The notes beneath the pieces were generated by a model. The model did not search any database and was not told the DNA's origin. It worked only from the letters and a program-made list of their open reading frames with translations. Position numbers and translations under genes: made by a program. Shown in pieces: positions 35,407-45,044 of a stretch of 64,000 nucleotides of DNA (its first letter is position 1; every line of letters begins with the position of its first letter). Source of the stretch: a virus; IMG/VR virus record IMGVR_UViG_3300044796_000056, positions 1 through 64,000 of that record. The stretch is one strand, 5' to 3'.

Positions 35407-36116
35407 TCTTCACCCATAGCTTCGTAGAGGCTCCTCCCCTGCCGGTAGAGACGGCTGCTGATGGTGTACGACATTACGTCACACCTGCCGGCAACCAATA
35501 CGAGAGCGTGACTACGTTCATCTCCCGTCATTGGGACAAGGCTTTCTTAGAGGCATGGAAGAAGCGTATCGGTGAGGCTAAGGCCAACAGTGAGAGCGCC
35601 AGAGCAAGGAACCGAGGCAGTATCTTACACAAGAGCATTGAGCACTATCTGCGCAATGAAGAATTGGATCTAAGAAAGACGCTATCAGCACATGTGCTGA
35701 CGAAGACTCTCTTCATCCAGGTCAAGCCTCTACTAAACCGGATCAATAACATTCGGCTGATTGAAAAACCACTTTGGAGCGACGAGTTAAAGCTAGCCGG
35801 TACTCCTGACACGATTGCAGATTTTGATGGCTTGCTTTCCACGATTGACTTTAAGGGGAGCACGCGAGACAAGAAAGAAGAGTACATTACAACGTATTGG
35901 TTGCAGTGCGCAATCTACAACACGATGTACAATGAGCGCTATGGTGAGATGCCTAGCCAGTCTGTGATTATTATGGCGGTTGAGGATAACCCTCAACCGC
36001 ATTTGTTTGTTGAACCTTCTTACAAGGGTCTCCAGCGGCTCCAAGAGTTCGTAGAAGACCCGGTGAAGTTTCAAGCCGATTTGGTGAAAGCAAAGAAAGC
36101 AGTGGCCAAGAAATGA
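35403..36116 (+). CDS. PD-(D/E)XK (Cas4-like) exonuclease
   Basis: YESVTT, RG..LH..IE, AGTPD, IDFK, QCAIY. Confidence 0.88.
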   Translation: MIFTHSFVEAPPLPVETAADGVRHYVTPAGNQYESVTTFISRHWDKAFLEAWKKRIGEAKANSESARARNRGSILHKSIEHYLRNEELDLRKTLSAHVLTKTLFIQVKPLLNRINNIRLIEKPLWSDELKLAGTPDTIADFDGLLSTIDFKGSTRDKKEEYITTYWLQCAIYNTMYNERYGEMPSQSVIIMAVEDNPQPHLFVEPSYKGLQRLQEFVEDPVKFQADLVKAKKAVAKK

Positions 36117-36319
36117 ACCATTATCATGATCAGTTTCCTTTCAGGATTCAACTGAACCGGGATTACTATCCAAAGATATCGGAGATCTACCAGCAACTTC
36201 GTACGTTCGGTGAAATAGGCGGCGAGTGGACGGCATATGATATGTTCGGGTATCAGCATATCTACTTCAAGAAGGAAGAAGATTTGAAGAACTTCCAGGA
36301 ATGGGTCAAGACGCTGTGA
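36113..36319 (+). CDS. hypothetical protein
   Basis: ATGA coupling. Confidence 0.55.
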   Translation: MNHYHDQFPFRIQLNRDYYPKISEIYQQLRTFGEIGGEWTAYDMFGYQHIYFKKEEDLKNFQEWVKTL

Positions 36320-36741
36320 AAGAGAAGAATTGGCAGGCTTGGAAGTATCTCATGGTCAAAGACAATGAGCACGGCCAATCTGGTTTGTATGCGATGATTG
36401 ATATTCCATACAAGACAGTCATAGGCGCATTTGGTGGCAAGATAGAATGCGTCAGTCCTATACCTGAAAGGATCACCAACTCTATCATTCAGATTGCGAT
36501 CAACCGAGAGCAGGACATACTTTTGATCCTGACCGGAGAGAAAGATTTTCGGTGGGAGGGTATCAGCTATATGAACCACTCCTGTGAACCTAACGCCAAC
36601 ATGGTTGCTCAAACTATAATCGTTGCCAATCGAGACATCAAACGTGGCGAAGAGATTACGGTAGACTACAACAGTTGGAACTTCATTGGTGAGGGTGTGC
36701 CTTGCTGGTGCCCAAAGTGTGATGGTAAGGTGACCATATGA
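36301..36741 (+). CDS. SET-domain protein-lysine methyltransferase
   Basis: G.GLYA, NHSCEPN, RDI..GEEITVDY, post-SET CWC..C. Confidence 0.9.
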   Translation: MGQDAVKEKNWQAWKYLMVKDNEHGQSGLYAMIDIPYKTVIGAFGGKIECVSPIPERITNSIIQIAINREQDILLILTGEKDFRWEGISYMNHSCEPNANMVAQTIIVANRDIKRGEEITVDYNSWNFIGEGVPCWCPKCDGKVTI

Positions 36742-37112
36742 ACAATCCCATGGGACCTATGGAGTTCGAGGAGTGCCCAAAGTGCACTGGCCGTTCCCAT
36801 GAAACATTGTGCGACAGCTGCAAACACAATAAGGAAACGATCAATTCTCTGTGGAAAATGATTCAGCAGCCCGAGGAAGCCTACCTTACTCCGCCACCCA
36901 TAAAAGGCGACGTGGCGCTTCCGAACGGCTGCCATCTTTTCTGGCATATGACCGAACAGGGACGTGAGTATTTCTCAGACGAGATAGGCGGTGGTGTCTA
37001 TGTCTGGCACACAGCGCTGGTAGATAGTGAAACACTGATAGCTGCAGTGAATCAAGAGAACATATTTCGCCGCCGAGAGTACGAGATAGAACAACGAAAA
37101 GCGAAAGGCTAA
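36738..37112 (+). CDS. hypothetical protein with CxxC pairs
   Basis: ATGA coupling. Confidence 0.55.
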   Translation: MNNPMGPMEFEECPKCTGRSHETLCDSCKHNKETINSLWKMIQQPEEAYLTPPPIKGDVALPNGCHLFWHMTEQGREYFSDEIGGGVYVWHTALVDSETLIAAVNQENIFRRREYEIEQRKAKG

Positions 37113-37121
37113 ATAGAACAT

Positions 37122-37197
37122 CGATGTGTAGCTCAAACTGGCTAGAGCAGGATCTCTAAAATCCAAGATCAGGGTTCGATGCCCTGCACAACGGCCA
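37122..37197 (+). tRNA. amber suppressor-type tRNA (CTA)
   Basis: GGAT-CTCTAAA-ATCC arm, canonical D and T arms, GCCA; follows CTAAATA. Confidence 0.85.
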
Positions 37198-37213
37198 AAT
37201 TCAGGGGAAAAGA

Positions 37214-37675
37214 ATGCTAGTATCACTTGTCAAAGATCTTCATGACACACGCACATCAGTCACCACGATTGATGAAGTTCATTTGCCAAATACGGCTGTG
37301 AACACTGGTCATACCACTCCACAGGGCTGGGCTATTTGGAGCATCGTTCCCGAGCACATCGAGCAATGGGGTAAGAAGGTTGCCGCTGAAGTCAAGGCAA
37401 AGGTAGAGGTCAAGGCCAACACCGTCGTCACTGAAGTCAAGACTGAAGTGAAGAAAGTCGAAGCAGAGGTTAAGGTTGCTCCAGTAAAGACTGAAGTTGC
37501 CAATGTTGCTGCTAAGGTCGAAACGGTAGCCAACACGGTTGCCACAGAAGTCAAGACTGAAGTGAAGAAGGTTGTTGCTGAAGTCAAGGCCGAAGCCAAC
37601 ACCGTCGTAACAGAAGTCAAAGCCGAGGCAGCTAAGGTTGTCACCGCAGTTGAGAACTTGGTCAAGAAGATCTAA
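37214..37675 (+). CDS. Val/Lys/Glu/Ala repeat protein
   Basis: ANTV(V/A)TEVK(T/A)E repeated three times. Confidence 0.7.
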   Translation: MLVSLVKDLHDTRTSVTTIDEVHLPNTAVNTGHTTPQGWAIWSIVPEHIEQWGKKVAAEVKAKVEVKANTVVTEVKTEVKKVEAEVKVAPVKTEVANVAAKVETVANTVATEVKTEVKKVVAEVKAEANTVVTEVKAEAAKVVTAVENLVKKI

Positions 37676-37794
37676 ATGAACGGCACAGAAACAATCATCA
37701 GAGTAGAAGTATAATCATGGCGACCAAGATATAGAAAGTTCCTGACACGTAGAACTTTTGTTATGCACGAGGTCTAAGTTACCTATATAGGAGT

Positions 37795-38346
37795 ATGCCA
37801 GCATATTCTTATCTCTTGCACCATAAACCTACAAACACATTTTACTACGGTGTTCGCTGGGCTAAAGATTGTCACCCAGATGAATTTTGGAGAACATATT
37901 TTACATCAAGTAAAAAGAACGTTCCATTACTTCGCACACTATTTGGTGATGATAGTTTCGAGTTTGAGATCCGGAGGGTATTCAAGTCTGGTAAGAAAGC
38001 GGCAGACTGGGAACACAAAGTATTGCGTAGAATGCGCGTATTGGATAAACCCGATCTTTGGTTGAATAGGACAACAAACACATCTTGGTTATATGATATA
38101 AATCCATTCAAAGGGAAACACCACTCAAACGAAACCAGGCAGCGTATAGCCACCACTCTTGTTCAGAAAAGCATAAGACCGCCCAATACAAGGGGTATGA
38201 CTCCTTGGAATAAGGGCATCCCACATTCAGAAGAACAAAAGAAGAAAATGAGTGGAAAGAAGTGGATCAACAACGGTACTCTTGAGCGTAAAATACATAA
38301 TGAAGAAAAGATACCGACCGGTTGGAAAAAAGGCAGAATGTTGTAG
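37795..38346 (+). CDS. GIY-YIG (Seg-like) homing endonuclease
   Basis: YSY...FYYGVR, YFTSS, TPWNKG, WINNG, GW.KGR; AT-rich. Confidence 0.85.
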   Translation: MPAYSYLLHHKPTNTFYYGVRWAKDCHPDEFWRTYFTSSKKNVPLLRTLFGDDSFEFEIRRVFKSGKKAADWEHKVLRRMRVLDKPDLWLNRTTNTSWLYDINPFKGKHHSNETRQRIATTLVQKSIRPPNTRGMTPWNKGIPHSEEQKKKMSGKKWINNGTLERKIHNEEKIPTGWKKGRML

Positions 38347-38421
38347 AATTACATCAGAGGACCTCCCTCGTTGTAATTGACTCTTACGAAAGATTCAGTT
38401 ATAATAGATGGAGACTCAAAA

Positions 38422-39126
38422 ATGATGAATTTCAAAGCAGCATTCAAAGCGTGTGCCGACGCCAAGGATATTTCCAGCGTTGACATCGTACAATACGCTA
38501 TCCTTCGCGCCATGAAAGCGAAGACGGCTCAGACTATTGAGGACCGTATCAAGATAGCATCAACCTTTATCCGCCGGCACTTTCGTTCTGTGAAGAATAG
38601 AAAGATGCTCGATAATGGGGTTGATCCAGAAAGAGCGGTTAGGAGAGCGACCGAAATTACTAAGAGTGCTAAGGTCATCTGTGGCATTCTAGAAAAGAGT
38701 ATGTTTACTGATGAACGTGAGCGCATCCTCTACAAAAACATCGCGGTGGCTTTATATGAGCAGTACAAGATCCCTGCGGATCTTTACACCAGACATTACG
38801 TCTACATCTTCGTGCGTCAAGATATGACGCCGGAGTATCAGCTAGTCCAGGCTAGCCATGCGGCGGCTCGCATGGGACAACGTCTAGGATCCAATGGCAT
38901 TGACCAGGGCAAGTTTGATGAGTTGTATTTCAGTGTGATTGGTGTCCCTGATCTTCATGGTCTTGCCAAAGCATTGGAAGACTTCAAGCAGCGCGGTATC
39001 AAGACCTATCCGTTCATTGAGCCAGACATCGGAAACGTGATGACAGCATTCGCTTCCGACCCGGTTTGGTCACATGATCGTAAGGGATTGCTATCTTACA
39101 AGAGATTGGTCTTCAAGAAGGACTAA
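38422..39126 (+). CDS. protein with C-terminal peptidyl-tRNA hydrolase 2-like domain
   Basis: YIFVRQDM....LVQASHAA...FIEPDIGN..TAFA. Confidence 0.7.
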   Translation: MMNFKAAFKACADAKDISSVDIVQYAILRAMKAKTAQTIEDRIKIASTFIRRHFRSVKNRKMLDNGVDPERAVRRATEITKSAKVICGILEKSMFTDERERILYKNIAVALYEQYKIPADLYTRHYVYIFVRQDMTPEYQLVQASHAAARMGQRLGSNGIDQGKFDELYFSVIGVPDLHGLAKALEDFKQRGIKTYPFIEPDIGNVMTAFASDPVWSHDRKGLLSYKRLVFKKD

Positions 39127-39129
39127 ATA

Positions 39130-39415
39130 GGTTTGAATGATTGTAAACGCCTGACTAAAGGCATGTTGGACTGGGGTTCGATTCCCCACGGTTCCACCAA
39201 ATTTCAGGACCATGCTAGAGGGTCCATTATGGGGCCGATCGGTTTCGACAGCGTGAGTAATACACCAAGTGCAATCCGGTATGCTACGACCGTAACAGTG
39301 CAAAACCATAAATGCATCTAACGATGACATCTATGACACCGTAGAGTTGGCTCTAGCAGCCTAACCCTCGGGTCTGAGTTTCGGCCGCTTCCTTGTAAAC
39401 AGAATAAGCGGCCAC
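39130..39415 (+). ncRNA. ssrA: two-piece (circularly permuted) tmRNA
   Basis: T arm plus CGGTTCCACCA ends at 39199 before GGGGCCGA..GGTTTCGAC at 39231; tag ORF 39314-39364 ASNDDIYDTVELALAA*. Confidence 0.9.
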
Positions 39416-39502
39416 TCTTTAACTTAATCAGGCCAGTTTTACTCTTACAGTTTCCAGGCGTATAATAGATAATGTGAACTCCCTTAAACAAGGAAATACA
39501 TT

Positions 39503-40168
39503 ATGAAAACCGCGCAGTGGTTATACCGGCTGTCGATGGTTATTATGGTTGGAGTGTTGATCTACGCATTGTATCAGACTTATTTGACTGTGAAGTGGTG
39601 GCACAATTTCCACCAGCAACATCAACAGATGGAACAAACCATCACTGATCAATCGGGTAAGATCACAGAACTGGAACGGAAAGAAAAGTTCTACGAAGAT
39701 ATAGTCGTGACTCAACAGAATGAGATCGCGGCGAAAGCAGCCGCCAAGAAAGCCAAGGCCGACTTTGTGGCTTCTGAATTGAGATGTCTTGCGGATAATA
39801 CGTATGCAGAGGCCGGGTTTGAACCGGCTGATGGCCAGTTGGCTGTAGCAACGGTGGTGATGAACCGGGTGGTTGATCCTCAGTATCCAAAGACAGTTTG
39901 TGGTGTTGTTTACGAGCGGCACTTGAATAAAATGAACAACAAGATCGTTTGTCAGTTCAGTTGGACGTGTAAGCCTCGCCATCGTATGGCCACGGCAGTT
40001 TACAAGTCCATTATGGAGATGGTGAAGGGTGTTTATTTCAAACATGTACGCAGTGACGAAGTTGCCGACGCAACCCTCTACCACGCCGACTATATCCAGA
40101 CTCCTAACTGGGCAACCGATGAAACCAAGCTGGCTCAGATCGGTCATCACATTTTCTATTCCCACTGA
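39503..40168 (+). CDS. SleB/Hydrolase_2 cell-wall hydrolase, membrane anchored
   Basis: CLA.N.Y.EA, AVA.VVMNRV, CQFSW, IGHHIFY. Confidence 0.9.
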   Translation: MKTAQWLYRLSMVIMVGVLIYALYQTYLTVKWWHNFHQQHQQMEQTITDQSGKITELERKEKFYEDIVVTQQNEIAAKAAAKKAKADFVASELRCLADNTYAEAGFEPADGQLAVATVVMNRVVDPQYPKTVCGVVYERHLNKMNNKIVCQFSWTCKPRHRMATAVYKSIMEMVKGVYFKHVRSDEVADATLYHADYIQTPNWATDETKLAQIGHHIFYSH

Positions 40169-40176
40169 GGTCTATT

Positions 40177-40491
40177 ATGTTTGATATGAGTCCTCCTTTG
40201 AATGACGTGGAGCGCATGACTCCCGTAAGCACCGAACCTCTTAAGTTTCCACGTTGGGAAGTTCCCTCCTGGAACGAGTCACCCGACTCTGATCGCACCG
40301 ACGAAGAATACTTCGATGCTGATGGCCGTATGGTGGGCGGAGTCCGCCCTTTCGGCAACAAGTGGTCTGCCTGGCGATTCAATAACACTAGTGTGACCGA
40401 TAACACATCACACGTTGTGGGTGTTGATCTAGGTATCTATTATACCAAAGAACAGGCCAAGGCATCTGTGGTAGCTTTCTCTCTGAAATGA
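40177..40491 (+). CDS. hypothetical protein
   Basis: GAGG RBS. Confidence 0.55.
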   Translation: MFDMSPPLNDVERMTPVSTEPLKFPRWEVPSWNESPDSDRTDEEYFDADGRMVGGVRPFGNKWSAWRFNNTSVTDNTSHVVGVDLGIYYTKEQAKASVVAFSLK

Positions 40492-40754
40492 AATCGATCA
40501 TCCACGTCAATGCCCAGCTGATCAAGCGCAATATTAAGAACAAGACCACTCATCCGGTGGTCCGCGTTCAGCAGGGTTCCAAACAACGTTACTGCTCGGA
40601 AGCCATCATAGATGGTCCTAGCAGGATCGTATACAGTCCAGAGCGACCGCTAAGTTGTGGCGCCAGGCTTTGGATTGAGACAGAGGCAGACGTCACTCTC
40701 GTTGACGAGACAACCTACGCAAAGATGCGGGAGATCATGAATGATAAGAATTGA
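40488..40754 (+). CDS. conserved phage hypothetical protein
   Basis: IHVN..., PLSCGARLWIET. Confidence 0.65.
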   Translation: MKSIIHVNAQLIKRNIKNKTTHPVVRVQQGSKQRYCSEAIIDGPSRIVYSPERPLSCGARLWIETEADVTLVDETTYAKMREIMNDKN

Positions 40755-41877
40755 TCCGGCTCCTAAGCTCGATTATTCCCAGGTGATGTTGGTTCCCCGT
40801 TATAGCCAAGATGGGCCCTCATCCCGCAATAGTGTATACCTAAAAAACAAGGATTACATCATCCCTGTAATCGCCGCCAACATGGATGGTGTCGGTACAT
40901 TTGAGATGGCCCGCGAACTTTGTCGCTGGGACTTGATGACGGCACTCCAGAAGCACTACACGTTAGAAGAACTGTTAGAGTTCTATCTTCATACTCTTGA
41001 AGAAGGCTATACCAAGAACGTGGTCTATTCCATGGGGATCAATCAACCTGATTTGATCAAATGGAAAAACTTCTATGAAGAGTTAACGGCTCGCGGTCAC
41101 GTTATTCCTACGGTCTGTGTTGATGTGGCTAATGGCTATACAGAAGCAACGGCGGATGCCATACGCTGGATCAAGTCTTCATTCAACACAACCATCATGG
41201 CTGGTAATGTGGTCACCAGAGAGGGAGTCTTCCGTCTCGCCGAGGCCGGTGCCAACATAATCAAGATTGGTGTGGGTCCGGGCTCTGTTTGTACGACCCG
41301 TAAGCTGACAGGTACAGGTTATCCTCAATTTAGCGCAGTACTGGAATGCGTCCAGGCAGCCAAGGCATGGGTAGAGAAGTTCCCATTCCCTATTACACAT
41401 GGACCTCGTGTGATGCAACCTCCCAAGATTGTAGCAGACGGTGGTATTACATGTCCTGGTGATGTGGCCAAAGCCTTTGCGGCCGGTGCCGATTACGTCA
41501 TGATCGGCGGTATGTTCGCTGGTCATGATGAGGGTGGTGGCACGCCATGTGATGCCCTAGGCAATGAGAAATACATTCAAGGTGCTACCGGTACGATTTT
41601 CAACTATGCGCCAATGTCTCATCGTAAGTTTTATGGTATGGCCAGCAAGTGTGCTCAAGATAAACACAATGGCGGTGTGGCTGAGTATCGAGCCAGTGAA
41701 GGTAAAGAGGTCGTGGTGCCCTATAGGGGCAAGGTCTCCAACACTGTAAAGGAATTGCTGGGCGGTCTACGGAGCGCCTGTGCCTATCAGGGATGCCAGC
41801 ATCTAGAGGACATAAGTAGTGATGTCCAATTCATCCAGGTAGCCAACCAGACAAATAATATCTTTGGGGCATCATAA
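40741..41877 (+). CDS. guaC: GMP reductase
   Basis: [33 protein letters not shown]. Confidence 0.93.
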   Translation: MIRIDPAPKLDYSQVMLVPRYSQDGPSSRNSVYLKNKDYIIPVIAANMDGVGTFEMARELCRWDLMTALQKHYTLEELLEFYLHTLEEGYTKNVVYSMGINQPDLIKWKNFYEELTARGHVIPTVCVDVANGYTEATADAIRWIKSSFNTTIMAGNVVTREGVFRLAEAGANIIKIGVGPGSVCTTRKLTGTGYPQFSAVLECVQAAKAWVEKFPFPITHGPRVMQPPKIVADGGITCPGDVAKAFAAGADYVMIGGMFAGHDEGGGTPCDALGNEKYIQGATGTIFNYAPMSHRKFYGMASKCAQDKHNGGVAEYRASEGKEVVVPYRGKVSNTVKELLGGLRSACAYQGCQHLEDISSDVQFIQVANQTNNIFGAS

Positions 41878-42110
41878 TGGCCGAGCAAAAGTTTCCTTAT
41901 CGCATTATCATCTACTTGGTTGGCACGGATGAGCGCCGAGTGTACGGTCCTCCTATGGATTACTCCGAGGCCCAGTTCAAAGATCTTCAGTTGAAGATCG
42001 CCAAGACCCACAAGGATCCTAACAGCACGTTCGAGACCGTGGATCTTGACGGCAACGCGGTCTTTGTTCCATCACGAAACATTCAATACATAGTATTAGA
42101 GAAGGGCTAA
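41877..42110 (+). CDS. hypothetical protein
   Basis: TAATG coupling. Confidence 0.55.
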   Translation: MAEQKFPYRIIIYLVGTDERRVYGPPMDYSEAQFKDLQLKIAKTHKDPNSTFETVDLDGNAVFVPSRNIQYIVLEKG

Positions 42111-42331
42111 TGCCAACTTTAGCAGAAAAAGAAGCTTTCAGTCTCCTAATTCAGGAGAATGCTCAGAAGCAAGGAATAGAGCATATGGAGGCGATCATAG
42201 ACTATTGCGAAAAGACTGGTTTAGAAGTAGAAGTGGCCGCGACCTTGCTTTCAGCAACTCTTAGGAGTATAATTGAAATAGAGGCGCGCAAAAAGCGTTA
42301 CCTACAGAAGAGCAGCCAGTTACCGGTATGA
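42110..42331 (+). CDS. 33: late transcription coactivator gp33
   Basis: FS..I...MEAIIDYCE...IEIEA; synteny with gp59 and gp32. Confidence 0.85.
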   Translation: MPTLAEKEAFSLLIQENAQKQGIEHMEAIIDYCEKTGLEVEVAATLLSATLRSIIEIEARKKRYLQKSSQLPV

Positions 42332-42939
42332 GCCAGCACAACATTGACCCGTTCAAGATCTTTCAGATTTACCACGCGGTCTTGTTGCACTACACAACCG
42401 ACTACGACTATCAACTGTACCATGGCCAGACTTCCTACAAAGAAGCAACCTTTGAACGCCGCAAAGACAAGTATGCCTACCACAAGATGGTGCGCATGTT
42501 CGATGACGGGTACAGCGCCAAGGATATTGAATACTACTTTGCTTGGATGTTCTTTAGGACAGACAAGTGGGTAACGACACGAGAGATAAGTAACAACACG
42601 CTGCTCAGTTATGAGCTAGAGTGGAAGAACTACAGTGTGGGTGGCCGGTTGACTTGCTTCAACATGGACATCAAACACATTCAGGAAGCCGGAGGGTTTG
42701 ATCCACAGACAGTTTTCAATCTTTGTTATCAGGGTGATGTACATTGGGCATCAATGCTCATCCTGGATAAGCTAAGAGGCGCTTTCGCCGTCATGGATAA
42801 GAAGCTGCAAGGTCAACTCCTTTGGGATGACAAATACAAGAAGCTGAAGAAATTCAGACCGTTTTACAATAGCATAGAACCGATACACGAAATTGATTTT
42901 AGACATCACATACCGGAGAACTTGATATGTCAAGAGTGA
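42328..42939 (+). CDS. 59: helicase loader gp59
   Basis: Y.A..LHYT..YDY..Y.G, FE.RKDKY; synteny. Confidence 0.85.
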   Translation: MSQHNIDPFKIFQIYHAVLLHYTTDYDYQLYHGQTSYKEATFERRKDKYAYHKMVRMFDDGYSAKDIEYYFAWMFFRTDKWVTTREISNNTLLSYELEWKNYSVGGRLTCFNMDIKHIQEAGGFDPQTVFNLCYQGDVHWASMLILDKLRGAFAVMDKKLQGQLLWDDKYKKLKKFRPFYNSIEPIHEIDFRHHIPENLICQE

Positions 42940-43862
42940 ATAATAAGGTTGACGACGATGAGCCAAGCGATCGCGTTGGTGAAGTCAATGAGTTCTATAA
43001 AGGGACTCAAATGTGGGCAGTCAGCAACGGTGACTCCTACTTCCCTTGCGCGACCACGGAGCCAAAGCTTCCACCTGGTCAATACGTCATCAACTTCAGC
43101 GACCAGAAGGGTATCTTCTTCGTAAAGAAAGACATCAATCTGGACAAGCTGTTGGTACTTCCCGACTCAAAGGCCGAGCGGGTTCTAGAGTCCATCAATC
43201 ACTTTTGGGCATGTGAGCCCAAGTTCCGCGAGCATGGCTTCCTTTGGAAGCGTGGCATTATGCTTTGGGGTCCTCCTGGCTCTGGCAAGACCGTCCTGTG
43301 TCAGCAGCTTTCCAAGCAGATCGTCGACAAGGGTGGCATCAGTGTCTACTTGAACGATCCAGGCTTCACGGCCGAGGGTCTGCGGGTTCTCCGCATGATC
43401 GAGAAGACCCGTCCCATCGTTGTTATGATAGAGGACATTGACGCTATCGTTGACAAGAAGGGTGAGAGCGCGATGCTGGCCCTGTTGGACGGCGAACTAC
43501 AGATCGACAACGTCGTATTCGTAGCCACGACCAACTATCCAGAGCGCCTGGACAAGCGTCTAGTCAATCGGCCCAGCCGGTTTGACGAGATCATCAAGAT
43601 TGGAATGCCTTCTGCGGCCGCACGTGAGCAGTACATCAAGTACAAGGTTCCTCGTTTGGCGAAGGACGAGCATGCCGAGGAACTTGCGAAGTGGATTGCT
43701 GGCTCAGACAACATGAGCATTGCGCACATCCGCGAGATCATCATCTCCATCGAGTGCTTGGGTAACAGCGTCGACCAGACTCTGGCTCGCATTCGTAAGA
43801 TGAATCAGACGAAGCCTTCTTCTACTCAGGAATCTGACAAGAGTTTCGGCTTCGGCGAGTAA
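42927..43862 (+). CDS. AAA+ ATPase
   Basis: GPPGSGKT, IEDID, TTNYPERLD..L..RPSRFD. Confidence 0.9.
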   Translation: MSRVNNKVDDDEPSDRVGEVNEFYKGTQMWAVSNGDSYFPCATTEPKLPPGQYVINFSDQKGIFFVKKDINLDKLLVLPDSKAERVLESINHFWACEPKFREHGFLWKRGIMLWGPPGSGKTVLCQQLSKQIVDKGGISVYLNDPGFTAEGLRVLRMIEKTRPIVVMIEDIDAIVDKKGESAMLALLDGELQIDNVVFVATTNYPERLDKRLVNRPSRFDEIIKIGMPSAAAREQYIKYKVPRLAKDEHAEELAKWIAGSDNMSIAHIREIIISIECLGNSVDQTLARIRKMNQTKPSSTQESDKSFGFGE

Positions 43863-43970
43863 ATAAAGTTGAGAATTTAGGTCGGTTCGGTGGCGGACCG
43901 ACCTAAATAACCCTATATTATGAAGACTGTGAAACCACAATAAAACTGATACAACATAAAGGATAATAGC

Positions 43971-44990
43971 ATGTCTAGTCTAGCAAATCTTAAGAAGAAT
44001 TCAAGCCTGTCCAAGTTGACAAAGGCTCTGAAAGATACCCAACAGGGTTCCAACCGTTCCGATGACCGATACTGGCAACCAGAAGTGGATAAGGCCGGCA
44101 ACGGTTTTGCCATCATTCGTTTCCTTGACGCTCCTGCCGTAGATGGTGAGGATGGTCTGCCTTGGGTGACTCTGTTCACACATGGCTTCCAAGGTCCAGG
44201 CGGATGGTATATCGAAAACTCCCGCACGACCCTTGGCCGTGACTTCCAGGATCCAGTAAGCGACTTCAATAGCAAGTTGTGGGATTCAGGCGTCGAAGCC
44301 AACAAGGAAATTGCCCGTAAGCAAAAGCGTCGCTTGAGCTACATCAGCAACATCCTTGTGATCAAGGATCCAGTACACCCTGAGAATGAAGGCAAAGTGT
44401 TCCTATATTCTTACGGCAAGAAGATCTTCGACAAGATCAGGATGCAGATCAACCCAACCGACGAAGAGATCGCCGGTGCGGCATTGGAAGGCAACAAGCT
44501 TGAGCCAGTGAACGTGATCAGCTTCTGGGAAGGTAAGAACTTCCGCTTGAAGATCCGCAAGGTCGAAGGCTACCGCAATTATGACACGTCTCACTTTGAG
44601 GACGCGGTCACAGCGGTTGCTGATACCGACAAGGAGATCGAAGCGATCTGGAAGAAAGAATACAGCCTGAAGGACTTGGTCGCTGCCGATAAGTTCAAGA
44701 CGTACGAAGAGCTTGAGGCTCGTCTGAACAAGGTCCTGGGATTGGACGGCGCTCCTCCTGCTCCAAAGAGCACAGTGAAGAGCAAGCCAGTCACCACGGA
44801 TGAGGACAACACTCCTCCATGGGACGACGCGAAGCCAGCCGCACAGGCTCCAACTGCCAAGGTCCAGGAGAAGGAAGTTGCCAAGACTCCAGTGAAGAAG
44901 CAAGCTGCTCCTGCGAAGGAACCAGTAGCTGCCGGTGATGACGACGATAGCATGTTGAACATGTTCCGTGGTCTAGCTGATCAGGAGTAA
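43971..44990 (+). CDS. 32: single-stranded DNA-binding protein gp32
   Basis: DKAGNGFAIIRFL, HGFQGPGGWYIENS, acidic tail. Confidence 0.96.
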   Translation: MSSLANLKKNSSLSKLTKALKDTQQGSNRSDDRYWQPEVDKAGNGFAIIRFLDAPAVDGEDGLPWVTLFTHGFQGPGGWYIENSRTTLGRDFQDPVSDFNSKLWDSGVEANKEIARKQKRRLSYISNILVIKDPVHPENEGKVFLYSYGKKIFDKIRMQINPTDEEIAGAALEGNKLEPVNVISFWEGKNFRLKIRKVEGYRNYDTSHFEDAVTAVADTDKEIEAIWKKEYSLKDLVAADKFKTYEELEARLNKVLGLDGAPPAPKSTVKSKPVTTDEDNTPPWDDAKPAAQAPTAKVQEKEVAKTPVKKQAAPAKEPVAAGDDDDSMLNMFRGLADQE

Positions 44991-45016
44991 TCCAAAGACA
45001 ATCTTCGGATGGGATC

Positions 45017-45044
45017 AGGGACTCGAAAGAGTCCCTTTTCTTTT
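45017..45044 (+). terminator. rho-independent terminator
   Basis: AGGGACTC-GAAA-GAGTCCCT-TTTCTTTT between convergent genes. Confidence 0.9.

Noticed and set aside
35403-36116. Cas4 as part of a CRISPR system
   Set aside because: Stand-alone PD-(D/E)XK exonuclease typical of T4-like phages; no array
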